Shown here one piece after another: positions 24,461 through 34,997 of a stretch of DNA of 64,000 nt. Every line of letters begins with the position of its first letter. Position 1 is the stretch's first letter. The stretch is from assembly GCA_017514235.1 (NCBI GenBank), contig JAFWKK010000003.1, forward strand, positions 119,905 through 183,904. Direction: 5' to 3'. The position numbers were made by a program, and so were the translations under genes. Below the pieces are notes generated by a model. The model did no database searches. It saw nothing but the letters and a program-made list of their open reading frames with translations, and was not told the origin of the DNA. Origin of the DNA: Kiritimatiellia bacterium. Its GTDB lineage: Bacteria; Verrucomicrobiota; Kiritimatiellia; RFP12; UBA1067.

Positions 24461-25749
24461 CCCTCCTCCGGGAATTCGAGCTCCAGCGTGAAGCGGTACC
24501 TTCCGCCGCGCGAAGAGCCGACGGACCCCATGCGGACCGCACTGAACACGCGCTCTGCGTCGTCGCCCTCGCCGAACGCCATGGCCTCCAACCTGTCCTT
24601 GAACTCGTAGATTTCCGATGACTGGCCGGCGTCGCCCTTCACGACTATGCCCTTGTCGTGCCGGTAGTCCCAGTCCGACAGCGTGACGTCTTCAGGCAGG
24701 CGGTCGGAGACGGCCTTCAGGAGCTCAAGCGCGCTATGGTCCCGGTCGGAGTACTTGCGCACGAGGTTCACCTTGTCGACCATCTTCTTCACCTCGGAGA
24801 ACTTCGCGTGGTGACGCTTCGTGTCCGCCCTCTGCCCGTCGGTCATGAAGCCGTACACGAGCGGCACGCCGAAGAGTACGCCCATCGCCAGCGCCCAAAT
24901 GCCGACGGCGACGGCAAGGAACCTCACGAGCTTCGACTTGAAGCGCGTCTCGGCGAGAACCTCGGCCCAGCTCGCCGGCAGGGCGTTCAGCGACTCCGCC
25001 TCCTCGCTGCGCTCTGCAACGCCAACGAGACCGGCGTCGGCGCCTACGGTCAGCTCGCGGACAGGCGCAAAATCGGAAAGCGAGGCGAAGTCGGGCTGAG
25101 CCGCAGGTTGCGGCTCCTCCGGCGATTCCGCATTCTCCGGACTTTCCGGCCTCTCCGGCGGCTCGGCCTTAACTACAACGATCTCGGAGAGCGGCTTCGC
25201 GCCGCCGAAGTCCTCGGCCTCCAGGAGCGAAAGCATCAGCTCGCGCTTCAGCTCGGCACCGTCGGTAGTGGCGCGTATCGCAGTCGGATGGTCGCCGTCC
25301 AGCACAAATATCGATATGCAGTCGGGCGACGGGAAGAGAACCGCGCGACGCGACGAGCCTTCGCCCGGGCCGAGCGCGTTCCATACGCCGCGCAGCTGCC
25401 CGAGCGCCAGGGAATCGACGCGGGTCACGCTGAGCTTCTCCGCGTCAAGCGCGTCGGCGATGTCGTCCGCCGCGCTCTCAGGCAGGGCGGCGGCGATGAC
25501 GGACGCTCCGTCCTCGTCTTCGCGAACAGTCTCGCAGCCGACGGTCAGCTGGTCGTCTGGGAACGGACTCGCCTTCTGCAGCAGGGGTGTGGCGAATGCG
25601 ACGCGGTCCTCCCCCGCCGGCACCCGCACCATCTTCACGATGAGACGGTTCAGGGGCAACGCAAGGACGGCCTCGCGCCCCGTCTCGCCGGAGGCAAGGA
25701 ACCTCAACGCGCCGCCCTCGAAGGCGACAACCTGTACTCCCTTTGGCAT
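24451..25749 (-). CDS. PilM-PilN fusion-like (GspL-like) assembly protein
   Basis: The 432-aa protein has a cytoplasmic N-domain, an acidic/Pro linker, one TM (LVRFLAVAVGIWALAMGVLFGV) and a periplasmic PilN-like domain. The gene order is M/N-O-secretin. Confidence 0.55.
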   Translation of the reverse strand: MPKGVQVVAFEGGALRFLASGETGREAVLALPLNRLIVKMVRVPAGEDRVAFATPLLQKASPFPDDQLTVGCETVREDEDGASVIAAALPESAADDIADALDAEKLSVTRVDSLALGQLRGVWNALGPGEGSSRRAVLFPSPDCISIFVLDGDHPTAIRATTDGAELKRELMLSLLEAEDFGGAKPLSEIVVVKAEPPERPESPENAESPEEPQPAAQPDFASLSDFAPVRELTVGADAGLVGVAERSEEAESLNALPASWAEVLAETRFKSKLVRFLAVAVGIWALAMGVLFGVPLVYGFMTDGQRADTKRHHAKFSEVKKMVDKVNLVRKYSDRDHSALELLKAVSDRLPEDVTLSDWDYRHDKGIVVKGDAGQSSEIYEFKDRLEAMAFGEGDDAERVFSAVRMGSVGSSRGGRYRFTLELEFPEEGWQ

Positions 25750-25757
25750 TAGCTGTA

Positions 25758-25766
25758 ATTATACCA
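25758..25766 (-). promoter_or_regulatory. Extended -10 TGGTATAAT, 8 nt upstream of the pilM/N-like ATG
   Basis: The consensus is exact on the minus strand, and the ATG is at 25749. Confidence 0.55.
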
Positions 25767-25795
25767 AATATTCGACGGTCTTTCCCATATGTCTT

Positions 25796-26557
25796 TCATC
25801 TCCTCCCCTTCGGCCATATGACGCCAGCGACCTTGAACAGGTACTTCGGCAGCATCATGGCGAGGCAGGATCGGTATCCGTTGGCGCGGTTCGCGCGCAC
25901 GTTCTCGCGGTTGAGCCGCAGGGTCGCGCCTAGCCCCGCCGTCGATATGCCGCCCGGCGACATGCGAACCACGCATCGCGGCAGGTACTTCGTGCGGATC
26001 CTCGCCCGGCAGAAGTAGCGAACCATCAGCTCGAAGTCGGCGCTGATTCGGTAGTCGGTGCGGTACGGCCCTAGCCTGGCGAACAGCTCGCGCCGCATGT
26101 AGACGCTCGGGTGCGGCGGCATGTGGCCGAACGCATGCATCCATGGTCGCCAGCTTCGTCCGGAGTAGTAGCGCACGGAGCGCCCGTCGCGAACGAAGCG
26201 AATGTCGGCGTAGACGGCGTCCGTTTCGGCGTCGAACGCGGCGGCGATCGCGGCCAGCGTATCGTCGCTCTCGAACACGTCGTCGGCGTTTAGGATTCCG
26301 ACGATGTCGCCGGTCGCCATGGCGATGCCCTTGTTGATGGCGTCGTAGAAACCGTCGTCGCGCTCGGACAGGAAGCGGAAGTCGCGGTCGGGCCAGGCGG
26401 CGCGCGCCTCGCGCACGCGGCCGAGGGTGCCGTCGTCGGAGGCGCCGTCTACGACGATGTACTCGAGGTCGACGCCCTTCTGCGAAAAGGCCGACTCGAG
26501 CGTCTTGGAGATCGTGCGCTCCGCGTTCCTCGCGGCGGTGACGAGCGAGACCTTCAT
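25796..26557 (-). CDS. Family 2 glycosyltransferase
   Basis: The N-terminus reads VSLVTAARNAERTISKTLESAFSQKGVDLEYIVVDGASDDGT, and a DxD-type motif (NADD) is present. Confidence 0.85.
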   Translation of the reverse strand: MKVSLVTAARNAERTISKTLESAFSQKGVDLEYIVVDGASDDGTLGRVREARAAWPDRDFRFLSERDDGFYDAINKGIAMATGDIVGILNADDVFESDDTLAAIAAAFDAETDAVYADIRFVRDGRSVRYYSGRSWRPWMHAFGHMPPHPSVYMRRELFARLGPYRTDYRISADFELMVRYFCRARIRTKYLPRCVVRMSPGGISTAGLGATLRLNRENVRANRANGYRSCLAMMLPKYLFKVAGVIWPKGRR

Positions 26558-27957
26558 CAGTCGAACCTGTACGTCTGGCCAGGCTGGGGCGCGACGGCGT
26601 TCTTGACGCCGAGGTCCTTGAGCAGCTCGACCATCGCCGACACCTTCTCAGGCTCGCCGTGGACGGCGAAGGCGTGCCGCACGTTGTCCTTCACTTCGCC
26701 TAGCCAGTCCTTGAGCCCGGCGCGGTCAGCGTGCGCGGAGAGAGCGTTTATCACCTCCACCTGCGCCTTGAGAGGCGTCTCCTCGCCAAGCACGCGGATC
26801 GTCTCGCGCTTCTCGACGATGCGCCGGCCGAGAGTGTTCTCGGCCTGGAAGCCTACGATGAGGATTATGTTGTCGGGATCCTGGGCGCAGTGCTTAAGGT
26901 GGTGCAGCACGCGCCCGCCCTCGCACATTCCGCTCGCGGCGATGACGATCATCGGGCCAGGCTCGTCGTTGAGCGCCATCGACTCCTCCGGCGTGCCGAC
27001 GAACAACATGCCGGGGTATTCAAGCGGGTTGCGCCCCGACTCGATCATCGCCTTCGCCTCTTCGTTGTAGACTTCGCGGTGGTTCGCGTAGATGCGAGTC
27101 GCCTTCTGCGAAAGCGGAGAGTCGATGTAGACCTTCACCTCGCGCGGCACCTTGTTGCGCTCGCGCAGCCTGTTGAGGTAGTAGATTATCTGCTGCGTGC
27201 GGCCGACGGAGAACGCCGGTATCAGGAGCTTGGCGTTGTGGCGGTCGATGTGCCTGAGGTACTTCTCGAGGCGCAGCTCCACGTCGTCGGCGGACGGGTG
27301 GTAACGGTCGGCGTAGGTCGACTCGACGAGCAGTATGTCGGCACCGGCCGGATACTCGTAGTGGCGCAGGATGGGCTGGTCAGGCTGGCCGAGGTCGCCG
27401 GAGAACAGGAGCCTGTGGCTGTGCCCGTGGTCGGAGCGTATGTCTAGCTGGACAAGCGCGGAGCCGAGTATGTGCCCGGCGTTGAAGAACTCGAGCGTTA
27501 CGCCAGGCGCGATCTCGCGCGGCTGGTGCAGGTGCGTCGGAACGAACAGCTGCATCAGCGCGGTCACGTCGCTTTCCTCGTAAAGCGGCTCGAAGAGCTT
27601 CTTGCCTTCGCGGCGCCTCTTCTTGTTTATGCATTCGAGGTCGCGCTTCTGCAGGTAGCACGAGTCGCGCAGCATGATGTCGCAGAGCTCCATCGTAGAC
27701 TGCCGCGCGAAGACACGCCCCCGGAAGCCCTGCCGCACGAGCTGCGGCAGGTTGCCGGAATGGTCGATGTGCGCGTGCGAAAGGATCACGTAGTCGATCT
27801 TCGCCGGGTCGACCGGCAGGTTGCGGTTCTTCTCGAAGGCCTCCTTGCGGTGGCCCTGGTACAGCCCGCAGTCAAGCAGGATGCGCTTGCCGTTGGTCTC
27901 GACGAGATGCATGGAGCCGGTCGTGGTCTGCGCCGCCCCGTAGAAAGTTATTCTCAT
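26557..27957 (-). CDS. MBL-fold beta-CASP ribonuclease (RNase J / CPSF-like)
   Basis: It has the HAHIDHSG motif, a beta-CASP region and a C-terminal RNA-specificity domain. It is 466 aa. Confidence 0.8.
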   Translation of the reverse strand: MRITFYGAAQTTTGSMHLVETNGKRILLDCGLYQGHRKEAFEKNRNLPVDPAKIDYVILSHAHIDHSGNLPQLVRQGFRGRVFARQSTMELCDIMLRDSCYLQKRDLECINKKRRREGKKLFEPLYEESDVTALMQLFVPTHLHQPREIAPGVTLEFFNAGHILGSALVQLDIRSDHGHSHRLLFSGDLGQPDQPILRHYEYPAGADILLVESTYADRYHPSADDVELRLEKYLRHIDRHNAKLLIPAFSVGRTQQIIYYLNRLRERNKVPREVKVYIDSPLSQKATRIYANHREVYNEEAKAMIESGRNPLEYPGMLFVGTPEESMALNDEPGPMIVIAASGMCEGGRVLHHLKHCAQDPDNIILIVGFQAENTLGRRIVEKRETIRVLGEETPLKAQVEVINALSAHADRAGLKDWLGEVKDNVRHAFAVHGEPEKVSAMVELLKDLGVKNAVAPQPGQTYRFD

Positions 27958-28736
27958 GCTGTGCGTCCTTTCAGGCTGATTGCAAGTTGCGACAGGAACT
28001 CCGTGTCGCCGGGAAGCCCGGCGAGCGCGGCTATGGCGGCGGCCGTAGCCGACTCGACGCGTCGCGCCGCCTCTTCGCGAGGGAGCGTGCCGTCGCCGTC
28101 AAGAAGGTCGTCCTCGTACTGGAAGGCGACGCCGAGGTTCAGCGCGAACGAGCGCAGCCTGGCGACGTCTTCCGCCGAGCCTCCGCCGGCGAGCGCGCCG
28201 GTTACGGCGGCGGCGACGAAAAGGTCCGCAGTCTTGTGGCGGACGACGAAGTCGTCCGCCAGGCCAGGCGCCGGCCCGGCCAGCTCGTCGGCCTGTCCGC
28301 GCACCACGCCGACGCCGGCCTCGCCCAGCGCCTCCACGATTTCCGCCGCCTTGCGCGGGGCACGCGCAGCCGTGCGGTATGCCAGCGCCTGCAGCGCGTC
28401 ACCGGCGAGCACAGCCACGGCTTCGCCGAACTTCTTCCAGACGGAAGGCTTGCCGCGCCGCTCCGCGTCGTCGTCCATCGCGGGCAGGTCGTCGTGAATC
28501 AAGGTGTAGCTGTGGAGCAGCTCGACGGCGGCTGCCGGGTACAGCGCATCCTCGGCGCGACCGCCTGCGGCAACGGCGGAGGCGAGGCATATCTTCGGGC
28601 GTATGCGCTTGCCCCCGCCGCAGGCTGCGTAGCGCATCGCGGAGGAAAGCGCGTCGGGGCGCTCGCCCTCGCACGGCAGCACCTCGTCCAACGTAGCCTC
28701 GATACGGTCTGCGTCTAGATTCATCTTCATGCGCAT
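27954..28736 (-). CDS. ispA: Polyprenyl (farnesyl/geranylgeranyl) diphosphate synthase
   Basis: It has LIHDDLPAMDDDAERRG (the first DDxxD) and a second Asp-rich motif (YEDDLLD). The first ATG overlaps the -10 box, so the true start is probably 28730 or 28724. Confidence 0.8.
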   Translation of the reverse strand: MRMKMNLDADRIEATLDEVLPCEGERPDALSSAMRYAACGGGKRIRPKICLASAVAAGGRAEDALYPAAAVELLHSYTLIHDDLPAMDDDAERRGKPSVWKKFGEAVAVLAGDALQALAYRTAARAPRKAAEIVEALGEAGVGVVRGQADELAGPAPGLADDFVVRHKTADLFVAAAVTGALAGGGSAEDVARLRSFALNLGVAFQYEDDLLDGDGTLPREEAARRVESATAAAIAALAGLPGDTEFLSQLAISLKGRTA

Positions 28737-28743
28737 TATACCA
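28735..28743 (-). promoter_or_regulatory. Extended -10 TGGTATAAT immediately upstream of (and overlapping) the ispA start region
   Basis: The consensus is exact on the minus strand. Confidence 0.5.
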
Positions 28744-28748
28744 CAAAA

Positions 28749-30173
28749 TCACCCCTGGGCGGCGGACACCCGGCAGTGCACCTGGCTGCGGTAGAGAGAC
28801 CAGCCGTTGTTGAGCCAGAATGAGATTCCGCAGACCCACATGGCAGGCAGCAGGAGGCCGTGGTTGCCGGATATCTCGGCGACCATGACGATGGCGGTGA
28901 TGGGGATGCGTATCGACGACGCAAGGAACCCCGCCATGCCGACGAGCGCGAATGCCGCGGGATGTATGTTGAACCAGGCCGGCAGGACGTGTGCGAAGAA
29001 AATCCCCACCGCCGCGCCCAGCGTGCCGCCGCAGACGAGCGCCGGCGCGAAAAGTCCGCCAGACCCGCCGCTGCCGACGGTGAACGACGTCGCCAGGGCC
29101 TTCATGAAGAAGAAGCCCACGAACCCGAGAAGCACGGCAAGGGACCCGTTGTCCGCTAGCAGCTCGCCCTGCCCCGCGGTCAGGGACGTCTGTATGACCG
29201 AGTAGCTGGCTCCCATGACGTCCGGGAAGAAAAACCCGATGACGCCGGTGAGCAATCCGCCAAGAGCGACCTTGGCCGGACGCGGCAGACGCATCGTCGC
29301 GAACTTCATCTCTGCCTTCCGGAAGCAGCGTATGTAGAAGCGAACGCCGAACGTGACAGCGAGCGCGAGAGCGAAGTAAGGCAAGAGGCGGAGCCCGGAG
29401 TCGTAGACGCAGTCGGCCGGCATCGAGAAAAGCGGCGCCCAGCCGAAGAAGTAGGCGTATATGGTGTAAGACACGACCGAAGCGATGAAGCAGGGCAGAA
29501 GAGTCTCGTAGGCGACGTCGCTCGACGAGTAGAATATCTCAAACCCGAATATGGCGCCGGCAAGCGGGGCCTGGAAGAGCGCGGCGATGCCGGCGGCAAG
29601 GCCGGCCGCCATCAGGATGCGGCATGCGCGTGCGGTCAGGCCGAGGTGCCTGGCGATGACGCTGCCCACTGCTGCGCCCATCAGCGTGACCGGCCCCTCG
29701 TAGCCGGCGGAGCCGCCGGACGAGACGGTAAGCACGGACGCGACGGACTTCACCGGTATCACCGCGCCGGGGATCTCGCCGTTGCGGTGGTGGAACGCGC
29801 GGATCGCGCTGTCCGTTCCGCGGACATGCTCGACCGACGAGAACCTGCGGATCACAAGGTAGCCGAGGCAGGCGCCGACGGCAGGAAGAAACACCATTAT
29901 CCAGCGATGGGGGTCGAGCAAGGACTCATGCGAGAACATCTGCCCGAAAGCATGGCTGTCCGCGAACCCGGAGAGCTTCGCATGGCCGCCGATTCCGTCC
30001 AGTATGAAGCGGCGCCCGAGGTCTATCATGTAGCGGAACGCCACAACGACAAGGCCTGTGGCCGCCCCGACGAGCATTGACTCGCCAAAGTACTGGCCCG
30101 TCCTGAAGGAAAGGCCCTTGCCGGCGAAGAAGAACTTCCAGGCGTGAAGCAGGAGACCCCTGACGCTCATCAT
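28749..30173 (-). CDS. ClC-family voltage-gated chloride channel / H+-Cl- antiporter
   Basis: It has multiple TM helices and the GGSAGYEGP and GAIFGFE selectivity-filter-like motifs. It shares a 4-nt ATGA overlap with the upstream gene. Confidence 0.85.
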   Translation of the reverse strand: MMSVRGLLLHAWKFFFAGKGLSFRTGQYFGESMLVGAATGLVVVAFRYMIDLGRRFILDGIGGHAKLSGFADSHAFGQMFSHESLLDPHRWIMVFLPAVGACLGYLVIRRFSSVEHVRGTDSAIRAFHHRNGEIPGAVIPVKSVASVLTVSSGGSAGYEGPVTLMGAAVGSVIARHLGLTARACRILMAAGLAAGIAALFQAPLAGAIFGFEIFYSSSDVAYETLLPCFIASVVSYTIYAYFFGWAPLFSMPADCVYDSGLRLLPYFALALAVTFGVRFYIRCFRKAEMKFATMRLPRPAKVALGGLLTGVIGFFFPDVMGASYSVIQTSLTAGQGELLADNGSLAVLLGFVGFFFMKALATSFTVGSGGSGGLFAPALVCGGTLGAAVGIFFAHVLPAWFNIHPAAFALVGMAGFLASSIRIPITAIVMVAEISGNHGLLLPAMWVCGISFWLNNGWSLYRSQVHCRVSAAQG

Positions 30174-30733
30174 GCGTCGTCGAGGACGTCCGTCACCATC
30201 GCGCGGGCGACTTTCCTCGCCGCCGGCTCGCCAACGAGCGTCTGGAGCACCACCAGCGAAAACAGGAGCGCGGAGCCCGGGGCCTGACCGGTGATCACGT
30301 TCGCGTCCGCCACGACGGGGACGGGCGACCAGGCGCGGTCAAGCTCCATCTGGCACGTCGGGTAGCACGTGACGTGGACGCCTGGCTCAAGCACGCCGGC
30401 CTCGACAAGCACCGTAGGCGCCGCGCAGATGGCGCAGATGAGCCGTCTTTCCTCGGCCTGCCGCCGGAGTCTGCGCACGAGGGCGTCGGAGTTCCGCAGG
30501 CGCTCGGTCCCCGGGCCGCCGCCCGGAAGCACGATGGCGTCGAAGTCCCCCTCCTCCACCTCGGAGAACAGCGCGTCGGCCTTCACGGCGATGCCGTGCG
30601 AGCCGCGCGTCTCCAGCTCGTCGCCGATGGCGGCGAGCACGACGCCTACGCCTCCGCGGCGCAGGACGTCGGCTATGGTTACGGCCTCGACCTCCTCGAA
30701 GCCCTCTGCCAGCGGAATCAGTACGCGCGCCAT
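30170..30733 (-). CDS. DJ-1/PfpI (ThiJ) family protein
   Basis: It begins MARVLIPLAEGFEEVEAV and has the AICAAP nucleophile-elbow Cys. An alternative GTG start lies at 30766. Confidence 0.8.
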   Translation of the reverse strand: MARVLIPLAEGFEEVEAVTIADVLRRGGVGVVLAAIGDELETRGSHGIAVKADALFSEVEEGDFDAIVLPGGGPGTERLRNSDALVRRLRRQAEERRLICAICAAPTVLVEAGVLEPGVHVTCYPTCQMELDRAWSPVPVVADANVITGQAPGSALLFSLVVLQTLVGEPAARKVARAMVTDVLDDA

Positions 30734-30738
30734 GACGG

Positions 30739-31233
30739 TCAGATAAGGTTCTTGGCCTCGTTGCACTTCATGCGGCGGCCCATGAAGTCCTTGTCGTTCA
30801 AAGCCGCCACCGCCTTCTCGGCCTCCTCGCGGTTCGGCATCTGCACGAAACCGAAGCCCTTGGACTTGCCGTTGTAGCGGTTGGTGATCAGGCGGACCGA
30901 ACCAACCGCGCCGTACGCCGCAAACGCCTGGCGGAGCTGTTCTTCCGTCATGTCATAGCTGAGGTTGCCCACGTATATCTCGACGGATCCGTCCGCCGGG
31001 GCCGGATGCGGCTTGCGCTTCTCGAACGGCTTCTTCTCGCCCCTGTTCGACTGCATGCGCCACGAGGACGCCGTGCGCGACTTGCCGCAACGGCAGAACG
31101 CCTTTAGCAGGATCCACATTGCCGCCATTCCGAGCAAGAACGCGATTATGGCCACGGCCGTGGCCGCACACCTGGAGTCGCCCTGGAAGAGGGCGAACAC
31201 CCCGTCAATGCATGACTGCTGACACTGGTTCAT
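30739..31233 (-). CDS. RRM-domain RNA-binding protein with an N-terminal Cys-rich segment and a transmembrane helix
   Basis: RNP2 (IYVGNL) and RNP1 (KGFGFVQM) are present in the C-terminal 85 aa. A predicted TM (AVAIIAFLLGMAAMWILLKAF) lies in the N-terminal half. Confidence 0.8.
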   Translation of the reverse strand: MNQCQQSCIDGVFALFQGDSRCAATAVAIIAFLLGMAAMWILLKAFCRCGKSRTASSWRMQSNRGEKKPFEKRKPHPAPADGSVEIYVGNLSYDMTEEQLRQAFAAYGAVGSVRLITNRYNGKSKGFGFVQMPNREEAEKAVAALNDKDFMGRRMKCNEAKNLI

Positions 31234-31310
31234 TTGGTTTCTCTCTCTTTCTTTTTCTTCTTCTTGTCTTTTGTTTCCTTACCGGTCTTGCCGGCGGCCT
31301 TGCGCGGCCG

Positions 31311-33359
<2,049 letters not shown>

Positions 33360-33411
33360 AGCCTCTCCAGTATACAATCCACCCACTTTCACTTTGTCAA
33401 GTGTTTTGTAT

Positions 33412-33420
33412 ATTATACCA
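33412..33420 (-). promoter_or_regulatory. Extended -10 TGGTATAAT for rpoD (about 50-nt leader)
   Basis: The consensus is exact on the minus strand in the divergent intergenic region. Confidence 0.55.
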
Positions 33421-33474
33421 TAAATTCGAAGCGTGTGGCGGAGGAAATTGCACATCGGCGGCGCTGGGTATTTA

Positions 33475-33483
33475 TGGTATAAT
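33475..33483 (+). promoter_or_regulatory. Extended -10 TGGTATAAT, 6 nt upstream of ATG 33490 (leaderless configuration)
   Basis: The consensus is exact. The longer ORF from 33433 would include the promoter itself. Confidence 0.6.
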
Positions 33484-33489
33484 TTCCGC

Positions 33490-34362
33490 ATGGACGACTA
33501 CGAACTTCTAGATTCTGGCGGCGGACGCAAGCTGGAGCGCTTCGGACGCTACGTCTTGGCGCGTCCCTGCTCCCAGGCACTGTGGCAGCCGTCCCTGTCC
33601 GAAGAGGAATGGAGCCGCGCCGACGCCTCCTTCGACCGCGAGGACGGCAACCGCTGGCACGGCCGCGCCAACCTGCCGAAGGAATGGGCAGTAGAGACGG
33701 CCGGAATACGGCTTCTGCTCGGCGGAACCGACTTCGGGCACCTAGGCGTGTTCCCGGAGCAGCGCAAGCAATGGGAATGGATACGCAGGACCGTGGGCGC
33801 GGCCTGCGCCGGCGGAGCCGTCCCAAGCGTGCTCAACCTCTTCGCCTATTCCGGCGGCTCGACGCTGGCAGCCGCGCTCGGCGGCGCGGAAGTATGCCAT
33901 CTCGACGCCTCCAAGGGCATGGTCGAATGGGCCCGCAGGAACGCGCGCCTGAACGGACTCGACGGCCGCCCGATCCGCTGGATCACGGACGACGCGCACA
34001 AGTTCATGCGTCGGGAGGTGCGCCGCGGGCGCCGGTACGACGCGATCATACTCGACCCGCCGACGTTCGGGCGCGGAACGTCCGGCGAAATGTACAAGAT
34101 AGAGCGCGACCTCCAGAAGACGCTCTCGCTTGCAAGCGACCTCCTGTCGGACGACCCGATCTTCGTGCTCCTGTCGTCCCACACCCCCGGCCTCACCCGT
34201 ACCGTGGCCGAGAACGTCATGGGTCAGCGCTTCCCCGGCGCCAGGATAGAATCGGGCGAGATGCTTCTCGAAGGGCGCGGGCTGCCGTGCCCCAGCGGCA
34301 TATACTGCCGCGCGGTTTTTGATATACTACCGGCAGGAGAGAAAAAAGGACCCAGGAAATGA
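33490..34362 (+). CDS. Class I SAM-dependent (rRNA-type) methyltransferase
   Basis: It begins [19 protein letters not shown] and has the SAM-binding [10 protein letters not shown] and DPPTFGRG motifs. Confidence 0.75.
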   Translation: MDDYELLDSGGGRKLERFGRYVLARPCSQALWQPSLSEEEWSRADASFDREDGNRWHGRANLPKEWAVETAGIRLLLGGTDFGHLGVFPEQRKQWEWIRRTVGAACAGGAVPSVLNLFAYSGGSTLAAALGGAEVCHLDASKGMVEWARRNARLNGLDGRPIRWITDDAHKFMRREVRRGRRYDAIILDPPTFGRGTSGEMYKIERDLQKTLSLASDLLSDDPIFVLLSSHTPGLTRTVAENVMGQRFPGARIESGEMLLEGRGLPCPSGIYCRAVFDILPAGEKKGPRK

Positions 34363-34997
34363 GAGACCTTTTCATCGTGGGCGCAGGCGGGTTCGGACGC
34401 GAGGCGGTCTGGACGGTCGAGCGCATAAACAAGGCGACGGAGGAGCCGCAGTGGCGCATAATCGGCTTTGCCGACGACGACCCGGCCAAGGCGTCAGGCA
34501 ACTTCGAGGGCTATCCTATGCTCGGCTCGCCCGAACGCGCGTCTGCGGACAACCCGGGCGCGTCCGTCTTCATAGCCATCGGCGACAACAAGGTGCGCCG
34601 CGACGTCTACAGGCGGCTGCGCGGACACGACTTCCCGGCGATCATCGACCCCACCGCGCAAGTCTCGCCCACGACGGATTTCAGGCATGGCGTCTACATA
34701 GCAGTCGGCGCGGTGGTGTCCGTCGGCACGGACATCGGCAAGTTCGTGATCGTCAACGCGCGCGCCGGCGTCGGCCACGACTCGACCATAGGCGACTTCG
34801 CCAACATCGCGCCGGGCGTCTCGCTCTCCGGCCACACGCGCATAGGCGAGGGAGCCTTCATGGGCACCAACAGCTGCACCGCGCCGGGAATGACGGTAGG
34901 CGACGGGGCCACGGTCGCATGCGGCACACCCGTCATGAAGGACGTCGCGCCCGGCTCCACGCTGTCGCCGTTCGGGATGCTTAAGGCTATGCAGTAG
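34359..34997 (+). CDS. NeuD/PglD-like sugar O/N-acyltransferase (hexapeptide repeat)
   Basis: It has an N-terminal Rossmann-like segment (LFIVGAGGFGREA) and a C-terminal left-handed beta-helix repeat region. Confidence 0.75.
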   Translation: MRDLFIVGAGGFGREAVWTVERINKATEEPQWRIIGFADDDPAKASGNFEGYPMLGSPERASADNPGASVFIAIGDNKVRRDVYRRLRGHDFPAIIDPTAQVSPTTDFRHGVYIAVGAVVSVGTDIGKFVIVNARAGVGHDSTIGDFANIAPGVSLSGHTRIGEGAFMGTNSCTAPGMTVGDGATVACGTPVMKDVAPGSTLSPFGMLKAMQ

